From Octopus vulgaris (lineage: Eukaryota): a stretch of 64,000 nt of DNA. Location: positions 48,546,001-48,610,000 of the forward strand of contig OX597818.1 of NCBI GenBank assembly GCA_951406725.2, written 5' to 3'. The notes under the pieces were generated by a model. It ran no database searches. It was not told the DNA's origin and saw nothing but the letters and a program-made list of their open reading frames with translations. Both the position numbers and the translations under genes were made by a program. Positions 41,296 through 50,506 of the stretch are shown one piece after another (the first letter of the stretch is position 1; each line of letters opens with the position of its first letter).

Positions 41296-41700
41296 TTTGA
41301 ATTTTTCCAATAGTGATAACATATATGACTTGAGAGGTTTTTCTTGCCTTAACGTTTGTTGTCCTCTTTAACAATTATATATCCACTATATCGGAGATCT
41401 ACAATGGCTCCATAACTACTGTCTTGGCTATAACCTTGGGGCCCTGATAATCTGTTACAGCACTTACCTAGCATACCTAGTCATTTAGATCACCTGTGAA
41501 CTAAACGCCTATATTTTGTGTATATATCATCATCATCATCATCATCATCGTTTAGCATCCATTTTCCATGCTAGCATGGGTTATGTATATATATAGTAAA
41601 TCCCAAAACAGAAGAATAAACACAAAAAATAACAACATGAGTACGTAGTACATGTAAAGTATTAGCAGACGCTCAGGGCTCAGGGAAGGAAAGAAAGATG

Positions 41701-41736
41701 GTTTAACGTTTCGAGCCGACGCTCTTCTTCAGAAAC
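41701..41736 (-). ncRNA. Minimal type I hammerhead ribozyme
   Basis: Minus strand gttt-ctgaaga-a-gagc-gtcg-gctc-gaaa-cg-tt-aaac: stem I gttt/aaac, stem II gagc/gctc, palindromic aacgtt in place of stem III. Confidence 0.75.
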
Positions 41737-41784
41737 AGAGGAAAGTCCAATAGAAAGGAAGACAGTGGAAGAAAATTGCCAACG

Positions 41785-41827
<43 letters not shown>

Positions 41828-41898
41828 GCCATGGTAGATCGTTAGCCACTACACACATTTTTTGTCTCCTTGTTTCTCTCCTTGTTTTTTCTGTGTCC

Positions 41899-41932
41899 CT
41901 TTCTGTAAGAGAGTAGGCCCGAAATGTAAAAG
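41899..41932 (+). ncRNA. Degenerate minimal hammerhead motif
   Basis: cttt-ctgtaaga-gagtaggccc-gaaa-tg-ta-aaag; downstream cctgagcgt..ctaatac is shared with the 41701 element. Confidence 0.45.
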
Positions 41933-42012
41933 ACTTTTTCTATTCCTGAGCGTTATACTAATACATCTGTTTGTTTTGTACACCACCTGTCTTCGTCTTT
42001 TGTTTTTTTCGT

Positions 42013-42080
<68 letters not shown>

Positions 42081-42107
42081 CATATATGTGTGTATGTGTG
42101 TGTGTTT

Positions 42108-42142
<35 letters not shown>

Positions 42143-42877
42143 CCTGTATAAATGACTTGTCATTTATGTCATCCAAAAAGAGTTAGTTAATAACACTTTA
42201 AAAAGACTAAAATGAAAACTTGGTGAACTTAGCCATTGAATAAATAGAAATTAGCAATGTAAGTATAACTGATTTAAATCTCTGGTAGCAGTGCCCCAGC
42301 ATGGCCACAGTCTAATGACTACTAGAGCCCATGAAGGAATAAATGACTAGAAGTGAGAATAAATTTGGTTATCTCACACATTTTGCCAGACAGTAAATGA
42401 GAGACGAGTATGTGAGGATGAATAATTGGGTGAAGTTTGCATACTTGTTTATATAATGACTGCAAGAAATGACCTAGTGACGCCATCCACGTGGTAAACA
42501 AATAGTTAAGTCAGTGCAGACACTTACAACAGGCTTGGCTAAGAAATTATTCAAGACAGAATAAGCTGGTGACTAATAAAAGTCATTGAAATAAATGACA
42601 TTTAAAAAACACAAGTGATACTTGCTAACGGGTTTTTATAGTGATGGTGCTGATAATAATTATTGTGTTAGTCAAACAAAAAATATTTGGAAAAAAACCC
42701 CAAAAAAAACTACAAAAGCAAAACAAAAAAAATATTGTCTTTGTCTTTCCCAACCATTATCATTTGCATTTCTTAAGTAATTATACTTAAGTGTCATCAG
42801 CATCGTTATTTAACACCCATGTTCCATGCAGGCATGGGTGGAACATGTAATGCATGGGTGTGTGTGTGTACATACAT

Positions 42878-43337
42878 AGGTGCAGGTGTGACTGTGTGGT
42901 GAGAAACTTGGCTCTCAATCACATGGTTCTGGGTTCAGTTCCAATGTGTGGCACCTTAGGCAAGTGTCTTGTTTGTGTGTCTTTGTTTTGGGGTTCTCCC
43001 TCCCCCCCGGCCCACTGTCACCACCACCACATGACAGCCTGTTTTGGCATGTTTACATCCCTGTTACTTAGCGGTTTGGCAAATAGAGAGCAATAGAATA
43101 AGTACCAGACTTTAACAAAAAATAAATACTGAGATCAGTTCATTTGACTAAAAAAAAGTTCTTCAAGGTGCAGGAGTGGGTGTGTGATAAGAAGCTTGCT
43201 TCCCAACCACATGGTTCTGGGTTCAGTCCTACTGTGTGGCACCTTGGGCAAGTGTCTTTTCCTGTAGCCTTGGGCTGACCAAAACCAAAACCTTGTGAAT
43301 GGATTTGGTAGATGGAAACTGAAAGAAGCCCGTCATG

Positions 43338-43400
<63 letters not shown>

Positions 43401-43675
43401 GTGTATATGTTTGTGTGTCTGTGTTTGTTCAACCACCATCACTTGACAACCAATGTGTTGGTGTGTTTATGTCCCTGTAACTTAGTGGTTCGGCGAAAGT
43501 GACCAATAGAATAAGTACTTGGCTCACAAAGAATAAGTCCTAGGGTCAGTTTGTTTGACTAAAGGCAGTGCTCCAGCCTGGCCGCAGTCAAGTTACTGAA
43601 ACAAATAAAAGAAAAGGTGCTGCCCCAGCATGGCCATAGTCTAATGACTGAAACCGGTAAAAGATAAAAAGATAC
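42878..43675 (+). mobile_element. Family-A SINE with a younger family-A SINE nested in its tail
   Basis: Inner copy about 43166-43613 bounded by aaggtgc duplicates (43165-43171, 43614-43620); the outer tail resumes with tgccccagcatggcc. Confidence 0.8.
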
Positions 43676-44038
43676 AAGATAATATATAAGTACAGGGATA
43701 CCTAAACTTACATCTGTAATTGGTTCTGAGACATGCGACTCAACTTGAAAAAAGATATAACATGGAAAAACATTTGAAAAAGAATTCATTTAACTGGTAT
43801 ACGAGCCGATGGCACTTAGATAGCAGCATTTAAGCATTGGGCTTCACGGAGGCAAAGTGACCGACACTGGTGTCATGCAAAGTTGAAAGAATCTCAAAAC
43901 AACATAAGTTGAGATAGGTCTGTGTGTGTATAAATATATGTGTATCCCTTTTTATATTTTACTTGTTTCAGTCATTAGAATGTGGCCATGCTGGGGCACC
44001 ACCTTGAAGAATTTTTAGTCAAATGAATCGACTTCAGT

Positions 44039-44386
44039 TCTATAATTAAGAGATGAGGAATTCTGTACATTATTTACATTATTTACATTCTAAAGAAGGA
44101 TAGAAAAATATTAAGATTTATATGCCCTAAAAATTCACTCCATAATTGCCCACGGGCATATGGCGTAGTGGTTAAGAGCGCAGGCTACTGATTCCGAGTT
44201 CGATTCCAAGCAGTGACCTGAACACTAACAATAATAATAATAACATTGAAAAATACCTTAGGAATGAGAACCCAGGTTCGAAATTTCCCCAAAACACCTG
44301 AAGAAGGCTGGAGGGTATATCAGCCGAAACGTTGTGTTAACAACAAACAAGATGAGGACAAATATCCGTCAAATGTAAATAGTGTA
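44039..44386 (+). mobile_element. tRNA-promoter plus hammerhead retroelement inserted in a family-A SINE
   Basis: 13-bp TSD aat(c/t)gacttcagt (44026-44038, 44387-44399); A box tggcgtagtgg 44161-44171; B box gagttcgattcc 44196-44207; hammerhead 44293-44338; left 50 bp is an inverted continuation of the right end. Confidence 0.8.
44293..44338 (+). ncRNA. Minimal type I hammerhead ribozyme
   Basis: aacac-ctgaaga-a-ggctg-gagggtatat-cagcc-gaaa-cg-tt-gtgtt: stem I aacac/gtgtt, stem II ggctg/cagcc, palindromic aacgtt, predicted GUU cleavage after 44333. Confidence 0.8.
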
Positions 44387-44949
44387 AATTGACTTCAGTA
44401 CTTATGATTTCAAGCTGGGTCCTTATTCTCTTGGTCTCTTTTGCTGAACTGCTAAGTTACAGGGATGTAAACACGCTAACACTGATTGTCAAGCAGTGGT
44501 GGGGCACAAATACATACACAGAGAAACACACATGCATGCACACACACACACACACACATATATAATGTATATGTATGCAAGATGAGCTTCTTTCAGTTCC
44601 CATCTATCAAATCCACTCACAGGGCTTTGGTTGGATTGGAAGTATAGTAGGACAATGGGAAGAGATATGTGGGATGGAGAGTCGCTGAAGAGGTCACAGG
44701 ACATGTGACAAAAGATTTCCAGACAGGACATAAAATAATAAAAATAATAAATATAATTCATCTGAAGGGAAAAGCGAATATATAGTGCTTGTGTTTATTT
44801 GGAAAAAAAAAAAAGAGCATCATCATCATCATTATCATCATCTAATGTCGGTTTTCCATGCTGGCATGGGTTGGATTTAAACAGAAATATAACAATATCT
44901 GTTTCAACATACAATTTGACATCATGAACCTTGCAAAACAAATACATAA

Positions 44950-44951
44950 AC

Positions 44952-45001
<50 letters not shown>

Positions 45002-45238
45002 ATGTATATGTATGTATATATATGCATGTGTGTGTGTGTGTGTGTATGTATATGTATGTATATATATGCATATGTATGTATGTATGTATATATATATGTA
45101 TGTATGTATATGTATGTATGTATATATATGTGTATGTATGTATATATATATATATGTGTATGTATGTATATATATATATATATGTGTATGTATATGTATG
45201 CATGTATATATATGTATGTATGTACGTATATATATATT
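44950..45238. repeat. (TA)n/(TG)n/(TATG)n microsatellite
   Basis: Low-complexity tract. Confidence 0.95.
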
Positions 45239-45789
45239 GGTGTTCACTTTGATTTCTCGTAAGTATTTCAAGTAGGATATTCAAACTAAGTTCATCATTA
45301 TTTTGATGGTAAATAATACTTGAACTAAGGATATGAATCCTGTACTCGGGAGAAAGGAGAATAAAAATAGCACTAAATTGGTTAATAGGACTGATAAACT
45401 ATTAATATGTCCTCCTGGTCATGAGAGAAGCTGAGTAATTGATTTTCCAATAACAGGCAGATATCATAGGGGATGTGGTGAAAAGTCTGCTTCAAAACCA
45501 TCTACTTTTGGGTTCAGTTCCACTGCATGGCCACTTTGAGCAATTGTCTTCAACTATAGCTGTGGGCCAAGTAATGCCATTTGACCGAATTTAACAGTGG
45601 ACGTCAGATGATGATGAGGAGGACAAGGACAATGATGATGATGGATATATACGTACATATTTTTTAAGGAGACAGTGTAGAAATTTATTGTTTTTGTGCT
45701 TGTCTATCACCACTTGACAATTAGTGTTTGCTTGTTTCCATTCTCATAACTTAGTGAGTTCAGTAAAACAGAGACCAATAAAATAAGTA

Positions 45790-46297
45790 TCTCTTAGCAG
45801 TTCGGCAAAAGAGACCGATAGAATAAGTACTGGGCTTACAAAGAATAAGTCCCGGGGTCGAGTTGCTCGACTAAAGGCGGTGCTCCAGCATGGCCACAGT
45901 CAAATGACTGAAACAAGTAAAAGAGAGTATATATATAAACGGCAAAATGTCTGTCTGTGTGTGGGTGTGTATCCTTTATACAAATCCACAATTTTTCAGT
46001 TAGAGGGCTCACACTTTCTATGGTCATTCAAAACCGTCCGAGGGTGGTCATGCACATCTTTACATTTCCCTGGTCACCCTGCAAAGCCATTAAAAAATCA
46101 ATAGAAGTGACTTTTTTGTGAATTTTCTATCCAAAACCCAATCAAAGTGCCCGAAACTTGATATGCCAATTGAATGCCAGCTAGCTGTATGTGATTGGTC
46201 GGAGATTTGGACAGTACTCGCGTGTATGTGCACACGCATGCAGCTGTATATGCATGCACTAGCACTATGACCCGGCAACACCGGGTCATAGTGCTAG
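45790..46297 (+). mobile_element. Non-autonomous Helitron (family H2) carrying a SINE insertion
   Basis: aagta|TCt [SINE A 3' fragment 45793-45927] tatatatataaacgg ... CTAG|ttagactt; splits an old family-A SINE at A|T; perfect 18-bp terminal stem at 46258-46298. Confidence 0.75.
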
Positions 46298-46552
46298 TTA
46301 GACTTAAAAACTAGGGGTTGATTTGAGCAGCTAAAAACTCTTTTAATGCAGTGCCCCTGCATCACTTCAGTGAAATGATTGAAACTAGCAAAAGAGTAAA
46401 ACAGAGATTGTCTCAGGCAAATTCTAGATTAGTAAAAAAAAACAATGTAATGTTAAAACATTTTTAGCTATCAAAATCCTTGTTGTTGTTGTTGGTTATC
46501 CCCAGATCAACCCTGATCCAGCAGCCCTATGATAAAAGTGTGTTCCAGTCTA

Positions 46553-47066
46553 AACTATATAAGCTATTGGGAAAGACTCAAGAGATTAAGACTCTATTCC
46601 TTAGAGCGTAGGCGAGAAAGATATGCCATAATATACATCTCGAAGATCCTGGAAGGACTTGTCTCAAATTTTGGCATCGAGAGTTACACAAATGCCAGAA
46701 CTGGGCACCACTGCATAGTGCCAAGGACTCCAAATTTGCCATCAAGATGTAGGACAAGATACTGTGATAGCCTGGGCTTCAGAGGTCCACAGCTCTTCAA
46801 TATCCTCCCGAAGGACCTGAGAGACCTGCATGGGGTGGATGCAGATGTCTTTAAAATAAAACTGGATCTCTTCCTGTCAGGTGTCCCAGATGAACCAACT
46901 TCACGGCATGAGGTGCAGATGAGGGCAGCTGCATCGAACTCTCTCATGTACCAAATGGCAATTGCTAAAAAGCATTCGTGAAGTAAAATCATGTAGCAGC
47001 ACCGAATGGCGGTGTCCTAGCATGGCCACAGCTCGTGAGCTGAAACTAGATAAAATAAAAATAAAA
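46553..47066 (+). mobile_element. 5'-truncated CR1-group LINE with intact 3' end
   Basis: Open frame to the stop at 46981: SYWERLKRLRLYSLERRRERYAIIY..KILEG...FKIKLDLFL; 3' UTR with stem-loop and (taaaa)n tail. Confidence 0.9.
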
Positions 47067-47539
47067 TACATCTTTCTGAAATACTCTGTCTAATGTCTAA
47101 TGCAGTGTGTTGTTCCTTTGTGATAGTGATGGTGGATGACTTGAAAGATATTTGGCTGCTGTTTCTAGCATATTTTAATAACCATGTGGAACTGCCCTTG
47201 TCAGCTGAAATCCCCATTGTTTCTAATCATTCAGCATCTTTCAATTGCATTATCTTTTACTGATTTCAGTTATTGGACTGTAGTCATCCTGAGGTACTGC
47301 TTTGAAGGGTACCCAGTCAAACAAATTGGCTCTAGTACCTATTTTCTTAAAGCCTGGTACTTACCCTATCGGTCTCTATTGCCAAACCACTAGGTTACAT
47401 GACAATAAACAAACCAACACCAATTGTCAATAGAGGTGGCGATGCATGCACACTCACACACACGCATGCGTGCACATGTATATTGGCCACTTGATAAAAT
47501 CATTAAATGCTTTTATCCTTAATTAATTATAGATATATA

Positions 47540-47935
47540 TATAAAATAATAATATTGGGGGAATATAACTCCAAACTTACAGGGAAAAATCCAATTTAGT
47601 ATTAAATCAAATTTCACAATATAAATATTTAATATATATAAATTAGAGACAAACCACTGTTATGCAATTCAAGCAATGATAGACATAAACCAAATCCTAA
47701 ATAAAAAATTAAATTAATTTTTTTAAAAATATAACAAGATCACAAAAAGTACAAAAATGAATAAACAATATATAATTGCTTACTTATTTACTTTTATATT
47801 GTTTATTCATTTTTGTACCATTTATGATCTAGTTATATTTTTTTTAAATATATTTTATTTTTTATTTATGATTTGGCTTATGTCTATCATTGTTTGAATT
47901 GCATAATAGGGTTTTTTCTAATTTATATATATATA
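47540..47935 (+). mobile_element. (TA)n-targeted fold-back element (family F) with ~140-bp arms
   Basis: Arms about 47632-47772 and 47795-47935 (e.g. tatgcaattcaa.caatgatagacataa.ccaaatc / gatttggcttatgtctatcattgtttgaattgcata); sits in the microsatellite of a minus-strand family-A SINE. Confidence 0.8.
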
Positions 47936-49024
47936 TATATGATGGGCTTCTACACAGTTTCCATCTACCAAACTCACTCATAAGGTATTGATCAGGTCAG
48001 AGCTATAGTAGAAAACACTTACCTAGGGCTATAGTTGAAGACACTTGCCCAAGGTGCCGCTTAGGAGGACTGAATCTGAAACCATGTGTTTTGCAAAGCA
48101 AGTCTCTTCACTACTAAGCCATGCCTGTGCGTTGTTTTATCTTTGCTTTAATTTCATTCATTTATATAAATCTAGACTGAGTGTGAGATTTCCTGTGGTG
48201 AGAAATGGACATTTTCTTACACTCTTTCTGTAAGTCATTAAGTTGTGGTATAGTTTACATTTATCTCTACATAAAATGAAGAGATTAGGTCTTACAAATT
48301 CTTCAGGAAATCCTATAAAAAATTGTAAAATAATGAGAAGATTAGTCGTATTTGTTGACAACTTCCTTCACTGGTTTATAATTATTTAAGCTAAGAAGGA
48401 CTAAAGATAATGCATGTGCTTCATATAAATATGCTAAAATTATACATATATACATGCATGCATACATACATATAGATACATAAATACATGCATATATGCA
48501 TCATACATATGTACAGACATGCACATACATACAAACACCATACATAAATAGATGCATATACAAATGAGTAAAACATTTTAGCTTGTCATGTACATGTATG
48601 TCTGTCTGCATGCACCTGTGTTAGTGTATAACATGTGTTGCTGTAGAAGAAAAACAGTTCTGAAACTAGATTATGCTGATGAATTATAAGTAATTAAGAA
48701 GAAATAAGTCAACTGTAGTGAAATACAAAAATCACTTCCCACACATTTTTTTCTATGTAAGTTGGTGATTCTACATTAACTCATTCATTACTATATATTT
48801 TTTTGAATGAAATGCACTGTCTGTGTTTTTAATTAATTTTAGAAATAACGAATTATTTGTAGGAATTTAAGAAAATAACTGACTTTTTTTTTATTATTGA
48901 AGTTAATTTTAGGCTGAATAATGGGCAGAATCCTCATGGTGTTTGTTCTGGCTCATTATATTGTAAGTTCAAATTCTACCAAGGTCAGTTTTCCCTTTCA
49001 TCCTTTCAGAGTTGATAAAATAAT

Positions 49025-49257
49025 TATTTCTTTATTGCTCACAGGGGGCTAAACATAGAGGGGACAAACAAGGACAGACAAAGGGATTAAGTCGATTACA
49101 TCAAACCCAGTGCATAACTGGTACTTACTTAATCGACTCCAAAAGGATGAAAGGCAAAGTCGACCTCGGTAGAATATGACCTCAGAATGTAACAGCAGAT
49201 GAAATGCTGCTAAGCATTTTGCCCAGTGTGCTAACGATTCTGCCAGCTCGCCTCCCT
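49025..49257 (-). mobile_element. SINE family B nested in an older family-B copy
   Basis: Perfect 16-bp TSD gagttgataaaataat (49009-49024, 49258-49273). Confidence 0.9.
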
Positions 49258-50208
49258 GAGTTGATAAAATAATGCACCAGTCAAGTACTAGAGTTGATTT
49301 AATCAACTAACTCCTCCCACCAAATTTCTTGCCTGGTGCAATTAATAAAGTTTAATTTTTGGGAATTTAATTTTAACAAATGTTTCTTAAGTAAAATTAT
49401 TATTGAAGGATTTAATTTAGGTATGAACACTTTAAAACAAGTTTTGTATCAGAATCCAAGGCAGTCTCAGGCACATTGATCTCAAGGGGTTTAAAACCTT
49501 CTTGAAAGACTTTAATATTTGGTGGTTCTGCAGAAGTGTTAAAGCACTAAACTAAGATGCCATGCAATGTTTTGTTGTAATCTGAGTTCCTATCCTGTTT
49601 CTGTCAACTCTGTCTTTTGTTCTTCTGGTATTGACTTTGACCAAAGATCTCTCTTGAAACAAATATGTCAACTGCTAAGAAGGCTGGATCTCTCTTTTAA
49701 TGCCTGAGAGTATCTTGTATCACTATAAAGCCACCATTTGATCTTGCATTGAATATTACTGCCATCTTTGGGCTGGTGCTTCCCCTGGGAATTGAGAATT
49801 GAGTTGTTTTATATGGGGGCGGGGGACTCTTTTTTTTTAATGCTACATTGAAGTCTTTGACTCATCATCAAAATGTGTCATTCTGTCTTTTCTATAAGTA
49901 TTTCCAAGGACATTGCTCTAAATTTTCTGGTTGAATACCCTCAGTTAAGACCTTTAAATGTGTCACCCATTTCTCTTCCAAGCTGCATTATATGTGAAAT
50001 TTTGGGAACAATAGTAAAATAGAAGTGTCTGTATTATAGCTTTGGGTTTTTTTTTGTGTGTGTGTGTGGAGGTGGGGGGTTGTTTTGTTTTTTCTAGAAA
50101 GTTCTTGATACATAATAGAGGAACTCATTACTTTAATGGATATCTGTAATGAATCTATTGATTTTATCAGGTTGAAAAATTGGAAAGATATAAAAGAACA
50201 TTAATATA

Positions 50209-50506
50209 TATTTCTTTATTGCCCACAAGGGGCTAAACATAGAGGGGACAAACAAGGACAGACAAAAGGGATTAAGTCGATTACATCGACCCCAGTGCGT
50301 AACTGGTACTTAATTTATCGACCCCAGTGCGTAACTGGTACTTAATTTATCGACCCCAGTGCATAACTGGTACTTAATTTATCGACCCCGAAAGGATGAA
50401 AGGCAAAGTCGATCTCAGTGGAATTTGAACTCACAACATAATGGCAGACAAAATACTGCTACGCATTTCGCCCTGCATGCGAACGTTTCTGCCAGCTCAC
50501 CGCCTT
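50209..50506 (-). mobile_element. SINE family B with an internal 32-bp triplication
   Basis: TSD ataaaagaacatt(a/g)atata (50190-50208, 50507-50525); unit atcgaccccagtgcgtaactggtacttaattt x3 at 50285-50380. Confidence 0.9.

Larger units (their letters stand above)
40662..41380. mobile_element. ~720-bp palindromic element, Penelope pLTR-like, with a hammerhead in each arm
   Basis: Arms align as reverse complements from tataatt..aaagagga.aacaaacgttaaggcaaga to a centre near aacgtt (41034-41039). Confidence 0.8.

Noticed and set aside
44154-44215. Functional tRNA gene (also the SINE C head at 56830-56901)
   Set aside because: A and B boxes are present but there is no complete acceptor stem or anticodon arm, and each sits within a TSD-flanked repeat.
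46529-46981. 150-aa ORF as a host gene
   Set aside because: It is the C-terminus of a 5'-truncated LINE ORF2; the ATG comes from the flanking repeat.
50285-50389. CRISPR-like 32-bp repeats
   Set aside because: The units are contiguous with no spacers, lie inside a SINE, and there are no cas genes in this eukaryotic context.
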